Origin: Geodermatophilus sabuli
GTDB taxonomy: Bacteria; Actinomycetota; Actinomycetes; Mycobacteriales; Geodermatophilaceae
Assembly: GCF_900215145.1 (NCBI RefSeq)
Contig: NZ_OBDO01000003.1
Location: 239,305-279,304 of the forward strand
Length of the DNA: 40,000 bases
Direction: 5' to 3'
Shown here: piece by piece, positions 17,694 through 25,988 of the stretch
Numbering within the stretch: the first letter of the stretch is position 1
Layout of the letters: every line of letters starts with the position of its first letter
Position numbers and translations under genes: made by a program
The notes under the pieces: model-generated
Seen by the model: the letters and a program-made list of their open reading frames with translations, nothing else
Told to the model about the DNA's origin: nothing
The model's database searches: none

Positions 17694-18460
17694 GTCGCCC
17701 CTCGTCCCGGCGAGACACGGATGCCACTGGAGAACGCACAAGATCAAGAGGCCCACAGACCCGTCAACAGGGATGCTGCAGGCGCGCGTCAGCGCGGGGC
17801 GGGCCGAGGCCGTCCTCCAGTTCTTCTCCAGTTGAGTCAGGCGGCCGGGTCGAGGACGACGGTGTGGCCGAGGCGATCGAGTTGGGCGACCAGCCGGCGG
17901 GTGTGCGCCTCGTCGTTGCGCCGGCGTAGCCAGTCGGCACCGAGCTCTCGTCCGTCACCGCGGACTCGGCGTGCGCGCACAGACGGTCGGCGCCGCCTTG
18001 CCGACATGGAGCCCGGCGACCCACTCGTACACAACTTCCACTTCGGGACCCCTCGTCCGGTCGACCCGGATGAGGGTCACCCGGAGGGTCCTCCGCCTGG
18101 AGACAGACCCACGCCCTCGCAGCCGCAATCAAGGGGACACCCGAGGGACCCCGCGTCATGCACCGCTGTGGGCTCTCCCGGACCACTGTGTGTCGACGCC
18201 GCCGGACCCCACGAGCATTCTCATCGCCAAGGGCGGCGATCAAGATCGCGATCGATCACACCTCATGCACCTCAGGCCGTGGAACTCGTCGGACGGGTTC
18301 CAGGAGGTCGCCCCGGACGCTGAGGGCATGGCAGTTGGAAGGAGCGCCGACGACCGAGCCCGCCGACGTGAAGCCGAACGACAACGTCGAGAGCGGACCG
18401 CCCGGCGAGGTACCACCGACCAGTCCGCGGAGGCGGACGCACCGGCGCACACATCCGCTG

Positions 18461-18843
18461 ATGGGGGGTGCCCGGCGGGCAGCCGCTGTGTCCTGCGCCT
18501 GGTGCGGCGGTGTCATCACGCCACGTTCTCGGGGGCCCATCCCGAAGTGGTGCTCGGTCGGCTGCCGACGCCGCGCCTGGGAGCAGGGCCGTGCGGCGAC
18601 CTGCGGGCGGTCAGTTGTGGAAGTGGTCGAGCGCCGGGTCGAGGCGCGCGTGCCGGTCACGCCCACGCGACGGGACTGGGCGCCGCTTCTCAACGAGTTG
18701 CCCACCAGGTGGAGGACGGCCGTGTCTACGACCGCGACCTCGCTGCACTGGCCGCGGCGCTGACGATCGTCCTCGAGGCCTACAGCCGACGCCCGTACGT
18801 GCGAGACCGCAGCTTCGGACGAGGGTCCGCTCCCCTGTGGTGA
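18461..18843 (+). pseudogene. frameshifted Zn-ribbon protein of mobile-element type
   Basis: Frame 1 reads MGGARRAAAVSCAWCGGVITPRSRGPIPKWCSVGCRRRAWEQGRAA...RRDWAPLLNEL. After a shift near 18700 it continues as HQVEDGRVYDRDLAALAAALTIVLEAYSRR. The CxxC-x13-CxxxC-RRRAWE pattern resembles small proteins seen in actinobacterial integrative elements and phages. Confidence 0.35.
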
Positions 18844-19102
18844 GAACCGGGCCGGTGCACGCCGTCGACGCTCGGCCCTGCGGCGGTGCCTGCACCCTGC
18901 GGTCGAACCGCAATCTCCAGTCGTCCTGCAGTGCAGACGACCACCGGAGGACAGCGGCTCAGTGACCCCCCACAACCACATGCTCGCGGGTCACGCCGCT
19001 GGACAGCAGGAGAAGTCCTCCTGTTCTCCTGCTGTCCAGCAAGTCCGCGCACAGGCCGCTCGCTGCAAGATGAACTGGAGAACGGTCAGCAGCCTCATTC
19101 CC

Positions 19103-19399
19103 ATGACGGCCGACCGCTCGCTGATCGCGCGGCTCGCCGCGCACGAGTCGTGGGCCAACACCACCGACCCGAGTGCGCGGACCGCGCCGGCACGTCGCGC
19201 CATGCTGGATCGCTTCGAGCGCCAGGTCGACCCCGACGGAGTGCTGTCCCCGGCCGAGCGGGCACGCCGAGCGGGGCACGCTCGCAAGGCCCACTGCGCC
19301 CGCCTCGCGCTGCGGTCCGCGCAGGCACGACGCAAGCCGCCCGACGTGGCAGACGGAAGCGGCCGGCCGAACCGCCCGGGCGAGGATCAGCCGCAGTAG
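19103..19399 (+). CDS. small integrase-adjacent hypothetical protein (98 aa)
   Basis: The product reads MTADRSLIARLAAHESWANTTDPSARTAPARRAMLDRFERQVDPDGVLSPAERARRAGHARKAHCARLALRSAQARRK.. A diverged second copy lies immediately upstream of the integrase pseudogene at 22.1-22.3 kb. No integrase follows this copy. Confidence 0.5.
   Translation: MTADRSLIARLAAHESWANTTDPSARTAPARRAMLDRFERQVDPDGVLSPAERARRAGHARKAHCARLALRSAQARRKPPDVADGSGRPNRPGEDQPQ
19238..19375 (+). repeat. direct repeat copy 1 (~138 bp, 3' end of the small integrase-adjacent gene)
   Basis: It aligns with 22232-22370 at roughly 80-85% identity by eye. The last 60 nt are about 90% identical (..CTGCGGTCCGCGC.GGC.CGACGCAAGCCGCCCGACGTGG..GGAAGCGGCCGGCCGA.CCGC). 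Confidence 0.6.
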
Positions 19400-19839
19400 A
19401 CCGGCCCCCGTCGTCCACTCCTGCGAAGATCACCAGAACGCACAGGCCATCGACCGACGCGACGCGCACGACTTCACGTGAGTGCCTCGCGGTCCCGTTC
19501 CCGCGTCTACAGAGGACGAGCCCGTCTGAGCGTCACACCGCAGTGAGCCCTACTACCGTGGACGGTTCTTCCGGCGACACGGGAGACGGCTTTCTACGCG
19601 GATCCGAGGCGGGAGAACTCGCCCGACAACTCCCCCACTTTCACTCATCCGCGACCTGCGGTTTCACCGCTCTGAACAGCGCTTTCGGGTTTCGCTCCCC
19701 GAAGATGCCGGGCGAGCCGATGCGCGTGCAGCCCAGCCGCGCCAAGCGTCTCGCCAGCGGAAACGAATGATCCAGGCGTCGTCGCCCGCCTACACCGCCT
19801 CGACCGCCGACAACGTCGCGATCGGAGGACGGCGGCCGT

Positions 19840-21213
19840 TCATGATGCGCTCCGCTCGAGGTAGCTGGAGATCGGCGCCACCGCCGTCTCGGGCCTGGTG
19901 ACCGAGCTGGCTCGCGCCCACTCGGCGATCGAGACGAGTTCGTCGCGCGTGGGGCCCTCAGCCGTCGGCTGACGCCAGCCGGTCCCGTAGACGGCGCGGG
20001 CGAGCGGCTCGGCGGCAGCCAGCGACCTCGGCAACGCGGCCATCGCCATGAAGCCGGCGACGTGGGCTTCGATCCGGGGATCGGCTTGAGCAGCCGCGAC
20101 GATGGCGGCCGAGGTCAGGGGCTGCGAGAGGTCGAGGTCGTGGCCTTGCCAGCGGCGTACCGCCTCGGCGTCGAAGGCGAGGTGGTCCTCGACCCAAGGG
20201 AGGATCCACGTGTCGCACCAGGCGCCGAACGGAGCTGCGATCGTGGCAGGGTCGGCGCCGGCGTCGAGCAACTGCAGGAGTGCGCCGATCTGCATGCTGG
20301 CCATGGCCAGCCCTCGGCCCGCCGTGGGGGCCGTGGTCGCGACGGCGTCACCGACGGCCACCAGACCGGGCCGACCGAGCTGCCGCCGGTAGGTGTTGAG
20401 CAATCCGCCACCGACGATGACGCCGCTGGTGGGCGTGGCGACGCGGGCGTCGGTCCACTCGACCAGCCCGGGAATCGCCCGGCAGGCGGCCTCAAAGGCG
20501 CGCGGGTGACGGAGGGCGCCCAGCCCGGCGTCGGCGCTGGGTCGGATGATCACGATCGAGACGTGGCCGTGTTCGTGAGGGAAGGCGTAGCCGTCGTACC
20601 CGTGGAACCGGGCGCTCCACGCGAACGGCGTGGTCAGGGCACCCGGCGTCGCGCCTGGGTGCCGACGGTAGGTCCGGGATACATACGCCATGCCGACGTC
20701 CCCGCGAATCACCGGGGGCGTCAACCGGGAGAGGCGACCGCTCGCGTCGACGACCAGGTCGGCGCGCACAGTCGATCCGTCGACGACTGCGCCCACGACC
20801 CGACCGCCCCGCTCGACGAGGCCGTCTACGTGACCGACCGCGACGGTCAGCCCGTCGGCCGCTGCTGCTGCTCGGCGGAGGGCTCGCTCGTAGGTGACGC
20901 GACGGGACCGCACCCCGACCGCTGGAGCCGAGGCACCGGGGGCGGGCAGGTCGATCGGTTCCGCACCGAGGTCGAGCCACGCGTGCCACGCCTCGGGCCA
21001 CTCGACGAGCAGCAAGTCGCGCACCTGCGGGCGAAATCCGTGCGCCTGCTGGAACTGCATCACGCCCCGGCGCCGCCAGGAGCCGTCAGGTGAAGGGCCG
21101 GGGTCCCTGTCGACGGCCACGACCCGATGGCCGCGCCGGGCGAGGACCGCGCCGAGGGTCAGGCCCGTGGGCCCGGCGCCAACGATGACAACGTCCATGG
21201 ATCCACCACCCAT
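19840..21213 (-). CDS. FAD-dependent monooxygenase/oxidoreductase
   Basis: The product carries MDVVIVGAGPTGLTLGAVLARRGHRVVAVDRD (GxGxxG + acidic end, the FAD Rossmann fold) and ..GLVAVGDAVATTAPTAGRGLA.. (GD motif). The ATG at 21198 (MDVVIV) is an equally plausible start. Confidence 0.85.
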   Translation of the reverse strand: MGGGSMDVVIVGAGPTGLTLGAVLARRGHRVVAVDRDPGPSPDGSWRRRGVMQFQQAHGFRPQVRDLLLVEWPEAWHAWLDLGAEPIDLPAPGASAPAVGVRSRRVTYERALRRAAAAADGLTVAVGHVDGLVERGGRVVGAVVDGSTVRADLVVDASGRLSRLTPPVIRGDVGMAYVSRTYRRHPGATPGALTTPFAWSARFHGYDGYAFPHEHGHVSIVIIRPSADAGLGALRHPRAFEAACRAIPGLVEWTDARVATPTSGVIVGGGLLNTYRRQLGRPGLVAVGDAVATTAPTAGRGLAMASMQIGALLQLLDAGADPATIAAPFGAWCDTWILPWVEDHLAFDAEAVRRWQGHDLDLSQPLTSAAIVAAAQADPRIEAHVAGFMAMAALPRSLAAAEPLARAVYGTGWRQPTAEGPTRDELVSIAEWARASSVTRPETAVAPISSYLERSAS

Positions 21214-21246
21214 TACACTGACAAGGTGTTGATTACACTAACAGTG
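21214..21246. promoter_or_regulatory. operator-like repeats in the FAD-monooxygenase/TetR divergent region
   Basis: The direct repeat is TTACACTGACA (21214-21224) and TTACACTAACA (21233-21243). The second copy embeds the palindrome CACTAACAGTG (21236-21246). This is the only AT-rich patch between the starts at 21213/21198 and 21285. Confidence 0.45.
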
Positions 21247-21284
21247 CTGTCAAGTCGATCGACGCGGCTGTCGGGGCTGCGGGC

Positions 21285-21923
21285 ATGACGGCCGGCGGCC
21301 GCCCGTACCGCTCCGCCCTGCGCGACGAGCAGTCGCGGGCCACGCGCCGACGGATCGTCGACGCCGGAGCCGCGCTGTTCGTAGCGAGCGGCTATGTCCC
21401 GACCACGATCGACGCCATCGCGGAGCGTGCAGGGGTCAGCCGCAGGACCGTCTTCACCTCGGTCGGCGCGAAGGCCGCCGTACTGAAGCTCGCCTTCGAC
21501 TGGACGCTGGCCGGCGACGAGGAACCGGTGGCCATCGCGGACCGGCCGGAGGTGCGGCGGATGATGCGGGGCGAGGATCCTGCCGAACTGCTTGGCGCAT
21601 GGATGGCGATGAACGCCGCCATCAACCAGCGGCTCGCCACGCTCCACCACGTCCTCGTCGTGGCAGCCGACGCCGACCCCGAGGCTGCAGCCCTCCTCGC
21701 CATGACCGACGACCAGCGGGCCGAGGGCGCCCGAGATGTCGTCGGCCGCCTCGCCGACCTCGGCGGGCTTCCGCCCGGACTCGGTTCCGAACAGGCTGCC
21801 GCCATCGCCGACGTCTTGATCGATCCGACGCTCTACCGGCGCCTGGTCGGCACGTGGGGCTGGACGTTCGAGACCTACGTCGGGCACCTGCAACGCATGG
21901 CGGCGGTGTCACTGCTGGCGTAG
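21285..21923 (+). CDS. TetR/AcrR family transcriptional regulator
   Basis: The 212-aa product carries ..TRRRIVDAGAALFVASGYVPTTIDAIAERAGVSRRTVFTSVG.. (a TetR HTH). It is divergent from the FAD monooxygenase. Confidence 0.85.
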   Translation: MTAGGRPYRSALRDEQSRATRRRIVDAGAALFVASGYVPTTIDAIAERAGVSRRTVFTSVGAKAAVLKLAFDWTLAGDEEPVAIADRPEVRRMMRGEDPAELLGAWMAMNAAINQRLATLHHVLVVAADADPEAAALLAMTDDQRAEGARDVVGRLADLGGLPPGLGSEQAAAIADVLIDPTLYRRLVGTWGWTFETYVGHLQRMAAVSLLA

Positions 21924-22095
21924 CAACACCAGCAACGAGAGGCGCCGCCCGGGAGGAGCGCGCTCGCCCCTCAGGCCCAGCCCTCCCGGCAGCGGGCCGA
22001 GCCGGTGGCGAACGCATCGTCGAGTCGGATGGGGCGATCAGCAAGCCGGACCTCCGGAGGTGCTGAGCGTTCGGCCTGCAGACGGTGCCTGGACG

Positions 22096-22340
22096 TCGAG
22101 CGCAGACCGCAGCCGGCAGCTGACCGCGGTTCTCGGCCACGCGGACCGGACACGGCGGCGGCTGTTGCTCATCGGGGATCCTGGTGTCGGTAGAGGCCAC
22201 GCTGCTCGAGGGCGCCACAGCGACACGGCCGGGATGCAGCTGTCACCGGCCCAGCGGGCACGGCGAGCCGAGCACGCTCGGCCGGCCACATCGCCCGGCT
22301 GGCGCTGCGGTCCGCGCGGGCGCGACGCAAGCCGCCCGAC
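22096..22340 (+). pseudogene. degraded second copy of the small integrase-adjacent gene
   Basis: The translation ..SSADRSRQLTAVLGHA.. and ..LSPAQRARRAEHAR.. parallels MTADRSLIARLAAHE.. and ..LSPAERARRAGHARKAH.. of the 19103-19399 gene. The middle is diverged and the frame is broken before ..ALRSARARRKPPDV. Confidence 0.3.
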
Positions 22341-22370
22341 GTGGTAGGTGGAAGCGGCCGGCCGAGCCGC
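22232..22370 (+). repeat. direct repeat copy 2 (~139 bp)
   Basis: See 19238-19375. This copy runs into the 5' end of the integrase pseudogene. Confidence 0.6.
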
Positions 22371-23137
22371 GCCGCCAAGGCGCCGCGGACGATCGAGCTG
22401 TACAGCCAGTCGGTCCGCTACTTCGGCCGCTGGCTGACCGAGCACGACCGACCGGCCACGCTGGACGAGCTGACCCGCCACGCGATCAGCGCCTGGCTGG
22501 CGGAGCCGGCCGAGACGTGCGAGCCCTCCACCGTCGGCACCCGGCTGCGCGGGATGCGCCGGTTCTGCCGCTGGCTGGTCACCGGAGAACTGGAGAAGGC
22601 CCCCACCGACGGCATCGAGATCCCCAGCCCGCCCGACAAGCCGGTGCCGATCCTCACCGACGACGAGATCGCCGCCCTGCTCAAGGCCTGCGCGGTCGGC
22701 CGCGGCGCCCGGGCGTCTTCGACCGCGCCGTCTTCCTCGGCCGCCGCGACGAGGTGGTGCTGCGGTTGCTGCTGGACACCGGCGTGCGGGTGTCCGAGCT
22801 GTGCGGGCTCGCACTCACCGATGTCGACCTGGACCGGGAGCTGGCCTACGTCACCGGCAAGGGCTCCCGCCCCGGGGTGGTGCCGTTCGGCGCGAAGACC
22901 GCCCAGGCCGTCGACCGCTATCTGCGGGTGCGGGCGTTGCACCCGCACGCGCGTTCACCGCTGCTGCTCCTCGGCCAGCGCGGCCCGATGACCCCCGACG
23001 TGCTGCACACCCGCGCCGCGCAGGCCGGCGTGACCGACGTCCACCCGCACACCCATCTCCGCGACGTGGCTCTGAGTGTTGCCCCGACACCTCGGGTACC
23101 GGCGACCCTCATCGAGGGGCTCACCTGCCCGGCGTGA
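22341..23137 (+). pseudogene. tyrosine recombinase/integrase (XerC/D-phage integrase family), frameshifted and C-terminally degraded
   Basis: The N-terminal SAM-like domain (..TIELYSQSVRYFGRWLTEH..HAISAWL..) is in one frame. After a shift near 22705-22712 the catalytic domain (..RDEVVLRLLLDTGVRVSELCGLALTDVDLDRELAYVTGKGSRPGVVPFG..) is in another frame. The expected HPHxLRHT box reads HPHTHLRD, and no catalytic-Tyr region follows. Confidence 0.7.
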
Positions 23138-23194
23138 CCGCGACTCCAGCCTGATCGCGCCCGGGCGCCTGGGTGTGAACCAGATCACAGCGCA

Positions 23195-23208
23195 TCTAAG
23201 ATTCTAAG
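23195..23208. promoter_or_regulatory. tandem TCTAAG-AT-TCTAAG hexamers upstream of marR-like gene
   Basis: This AT-rich patch lies 44-57 nt upstream of the preferred MarR start (23252). It could be a -10 region or an autoregulatory site. Confidence 0.25.
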
Positions 23209-23251
23209 TGCCAAAATGGTTGCGACCGGCCCGCACTGCACGAGGAGACGC

Positions 23252-23812
23252 ATGACCGCGACCGACGGCGTTACCCGCACCCGAGATGTGGTCGACGACA
23301 TCATCGGTCAGTGGGCCCGGGTCCGCCCGAAGCTGGACGTCTCCGCCATGGAGGTGTTCGGACGGCTGCACCGCAGTTTCCTGCTCTACCGATTGGGGAT
23401 CGCGGAGGGCTTCGCCGAGGCGGGCACGAACGAGCCGGGTTTCGACGTTCTGGCGGCCCTGCGCAGGGCTGGGCCGGAGCACCGGCTCAGTGCCGGGGAA
23501 CTCGCTCGTCGGACCCTTGTGACCACTGGCGGACTGACTCTGCGGGTCAGGCGGCTGGAGCGGGAGGGCTACGTGCGCCGGGAACGTGACCCCGAAGACA
23601 ACCGCATGGTGTACGTCGAACTCACCGACTCCGGCCGCGAACTCGTCGACCGGGTCGCAGATGCGCACTTCGAGAACATGAACCGCATGCTGGGGAAGCT
23701 CACGAGCGACGAGCGCACGAGCCTGGCGCACCTGCTCGGCCGACTGTACGAGTCCCTGCAGGAGACGGCCCCCGGGCTCGGCCCGGGAATCGACGAGAAT
23801 GGTGAGCCGTGA
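23252..23812 (+). CDS. MarR family transcriptional regulator
   Basis: An ATG at 23252 is preceded by a GAGGAGA SD 3 nt upstream; the track ORF starts at 23216. A winged-HTH core is present (..FDVLAALRRAGPEHRLSAGELARRTLVTTGGLTLRVRRLEREGYVRRERDPEDNRMVYVELT..). Confidence 0.85.
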   Translation: MTATDGVTRTRDVVDDIIGQWARVRPKLDVSAMEVFGRLHRSFLLYRLGIAEGFAEAGTNEPGFDVLAALRRAGPEHRLSAGELARRTLVTTGGLTLRVRRLEREGYVRRERDPEDNRMVYVELTDSGRELVDRVADAHFENMNRMLGKLTSDERTSLAHLLGRLYESLQETAPGLGPGIDENGEP

Positions 23813-23864
23813 TGATCGGCATCCTCTGACGCCGCGCGACCGGCTCGCCGGCTCCCAGCAGCAG

Positions 23865-23901
23865 CACGGGGCGGGTCGACCCGAGTCGACCCGCCCCCGT
23901 G
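23865..23901. terminator. bidirectional stem-loop terminator between convergent MarR and RidA genes
   Basis: CACGGGGCGGGTCGAC - CCGA - GTCGACCCGCCCCCGTG forms a ~16-bp GC-rich stem with one bulge and a 4-nt loop. There is no U-tract, as is common in actinobacteria. Confidence 0.6.
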
Positions 23902-23914
23902 GCGACGCGTCCGA

Positions 23915-24310
23915 TCAAGAACCGGATGCGCTCCCGATGACGCCCTGGGCCTCGATCTCCACCTTGAGCCCCGGATCCACGAGCGCCGAGACCTCCACCA
24001 GCGTCGAGCAGGGGAAGTCCCCGCTGAACACCTCGGACCTGGCCTTCCCGACGGCGCCCTTGTCGTTGATGTCGGTCAGGTACACGCGCAGGACGAGGAT
24101 GTCGTCCACCCGCGCTCCGCAGGCCTCTGTGAGCTCCCGGACCCGGCGGAAGGTCTCCGTCGCCTGGGCGTAGGTGTCGTCCCCGCCCACGGGGCCTTCA
24201 GCTGCACCGGCGTGCATGCCGGACAGGAAGAAGTGGTCGCCGTACACCCGGGCGTTGCTGAACATCCCCGGACGGGGCGGCTCGGGTACCGAGTCCGCGC
24301 CGATCCTCAT
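23915..24310 (-). CDS. RidA/YjgF/TdcF family protein (paralog 1)
   Basis: The start MRIGADSV at 24310 forms an ATGA overlap with the upstream small ORF's stop. The product carries ..ARVYGDHFFLSGM.. and ..PCSTLVEVSALVDPGLKVEIEA.., a typical RidA C-terminus. Confidence 0.8.
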   Translation of the reverse strand: MRIGADSVPEPPRPGMFSNARVYGDHFFLSGMHAGAAEGPVGGDDTYAQATETFRRVRELTEACGARVDDILVLRVYLTDINDKGAVGKARSEVFSGDFPCSTLVEVSALVDPGLKVEIEAQGVIGSASGS

Positions 24311-24618
24311 CCGCGTCCCGTCCGCTCGTTCGCCTCGCGGACGAGGCGCTGCCGGGTCTCCCAGAAGTCGTAGGTGGGGTAGAAGTCGGTCTGGAAGACG
24401 CCCCACGCGCGGCGCTCCAGCTCGACGTTCACCACCTGCAGCAGTCGAGGCGGCAGCCGCAGCGTGACGATCTGGCCGACACCCATCGCGACCACCCAGG
24501 AGACGACCTCACACCCCTCGGGCGGGAAGCCGTTCCACCAGTCGACGGCGTCCAGCCTGTCCCGCTGCTGCACCAGGTCCTGTGTCTGGTCGTGCCGCAG
24601 GAAGATGGTCAGCAGCAT
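24307..24618 (-). CDS. small uncharacterised protein, 103 aa (possibly DUF3303-like)
   Basis: The product reads MLLTIFLRHDQTQ...WWNGFPPEGCEVVSWVVAMGVGQIVTL...FYPTYDFWE.. A GAGGAGA SD is present and the stop is coupled to the RidA ATG. The family assignment is from memory of the PEG..W pattern only. Confidence 0.6.
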   Translation of the reverse strand: MLLTIFLRHDQTQDLVQQRDRLDAVDWWNGFPPEGCEVVSWVVAMGVGQIVTLRLPPRLLQVVNVELERRAWGVFQTDFYPTYDFWETRQRLVREANERTGRG

Positions 24619-24670
24619 CGTCTCCTCGGCGGCGGCCGGGTCCGCAGACCCGGCCACCGCCGAAGCGGCG

Positions 24671-25768
24671 TCAGACACTCGCCGCGCCCACCAGTTGCTT
24701 CGCCTGCGCCTGGGCGTCGGCCCGGTACATGCGCCGGATCCGCGAGACGCCGAGGTCGTGCTGGTAGAGGTGCTCGTCGACGTCGGCGTCGGCGGCCAGC
24801 GCCTCGAGCACCACCCGGTCCTGCTCCAGGACTCCCCAGTGCCTGGCCTCGAGCTGCGTGCGGTACAGGAACCGCCACACCTCACGCTCCCAGCCGTCCA
24901 CGCGGCGGGTGCGCCAGTGGAAGATGGCGGAGTTGTTCTCGTCGATCGGCGTCGCCATGCCGACGATGCCGAACACCCCGCCGGGGCCGGCGTTCTGGGC
25001 GTAGGGGATCTCGAGGTCGACGTAGTCCATCGAACCCCGGCAGAACTCCACCCAGTCGAAGTTGACCCCGCGCTGGTCGGTCTTCTCGAAGAAGAAGCCG
25101 CGGTCGGTCTCGCGGATGCGGAACCGGGCCGACGTGTCGCCTCCGAACATGGAGTGCGAGTCCCGGTGCAGGAACGCGCCGTGCATCGGGTCGAGGACGT
25201 TGTCCATGTAGAACCGCCACGGTCCCGCCCACTCGGCGTAGTTGGGGAACCACGACACGGCGGGGTCCTGCAGCCGGTCGGGCAACACGAACTCGGTCGG
25301 CTGCGAGTCCTCGGTGAGCGGTATGAAGGCGAAGATCGTGTCCGCGGCCTCGGCCACGTCCAGCGACACGGTGGCCTTCTTCCCCTCCAGGGCGCAGCCG
25401 GGCATGCCGGGCACGGACACGACCGTGCCCGTGCCGTCGACCTGGACGCCGTGGTACTTGCAGGCCACCCGGTCGCCCAGGTGCTGCCCCACCGACAGCG
25501 GGGCGCTGCGGTGCGGGCAACGGTCCTCGAGCATGGAGAGCTTGCCGCGGGCGTCGCGGAACAGCAGCCAGTCGACGCCCAGACGCTGGACCTTGACCAT
25601 CTCGCCGGCGGCGACGAAGCGCGAGGGCAGGATCGGGTACCAGCGGTCACGCAGACCGGTGGCCGCGATCTCCTCGGCGGACAGAGCTCGGCGGGTGCCC
25701 ACGACCTTGGGCGTCTTGATCGGCCGGGGACGGGACGGGGCGGCGGGCTTGGTGCTGACGTCGGTCAT
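24671..25768 (-). CDS. Rieske [2Fe-2S] non-haem-iron oxygenase, alpha-only (VanA/phthalate-family type)
   Basis: The start MTDVSTKP at 25768 is preceded by a GGGAGA SD. The Rieske motif is CPHRSAPLS...CKYHG. The mononuclear-iron motif is NVLDPMHGAFLH. No beta subunit or ferredoxin gene is adjacent. Confidence 0.85.
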   Translation of the reverse strand: MTDVSTKPAAPSRPRPIKTPKVVGTRRALSAEEIAATGLRDRWYPILPSRFVAAGEMVKVQRLGVDWLLFRDARGKLSMLEDRCPHRSAPLSVGQHLGDRVACKYHGVQVDGTGTVVSVPGMPGCALEGKKATVSLDVAEAADTIFAFIPLTEDSQPTEFVLPDRLQDPAVSWFPNYAEWAGPWRFYMDNVLDPMHGAFLHRDSHSMFGGDTSARFRIRETDRGFFFEKTDQRGVNFDWVEFCRGSMDYVDLEIPYAQNAGPGGVFGIVGMATPIDENNSAIFHWRTRRVDGWEREVWRFLYRTQLEARHWGVLEQDRVVLEALAADADVDEHLYQHDLGVSRIRRMYRADAQAQAKQLVGAASV

Positions 25769-25769
25769 C

Positions 25770-25988
25770 TCAGTCTCCCAGTCGGCGCATCTCGGCGCGG
25801 AAGTTGTCCTCGTTCCAGGGACCCCCGTCGGGGGCGTTGAGGCCCAGGCCGTTGAGACCCTCGACCAGGCCGGGCAGGTCGTGCACCCCGCGACCGAAGA
25901 CCTCCATGATGGCGCCGGAGAGCTTCTGCTCGTACGGGCTGATCGGCTCCGGGTGCGTCTGGTGCTCTTCCAGGTACTGCTCAGGCAT
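25770..25988 (-). CDS. small uncharacterised protein, 72 aa (possible recombinase-like HTH fold)
   Basis: The product reads MPEQYLEEHQTHPEPISPYEQKLSGAIMEVFGRGVHDLPGLVEGLNGLGLNAPDGGPWNEDNFRAEMRRLGD. Its ATG overlaps the upstream gene by 8 nt, and its stop is 1 nt before the Rieske ATG. It has no Cys, so it is not a ferredoxin. Confidence 0.6.
   Translation of the reverse strand: MPEQYLEEHQTHPEPISPYEQKLSGAIMEVFGRGVHDLPGLVEGLNGLGLNAPDGGPWNEDNFRAEMRRLGD

Noticed and set aside
17724-17830. 8-bp inverted repeat CTGGAGAA / TTCTCCAG about 100 bp apart after the TetR gene, considered as element termini
   Set aside because: It is too short to distinguish from chance. No matching repeat lies at the other end of the scar (23.1-23.2 kb).
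18886-19770. 294-aa plus-strand ORF across the element scar
   Set aside because: It is Arg/Pro/Ala-rich with no domain-like segments. It overlaps the better-supported 98-aa gene in another frame.
24464-25840. 458-aa plus-strand ORF, plus the 447-aa ORF 24307..25650, over the Rieske gene
   Set aside because: These are shadow or off-frame ORFs. Only the last 103 aa of 24307..25650 form a credible gene, with its own SD and coupled stop.
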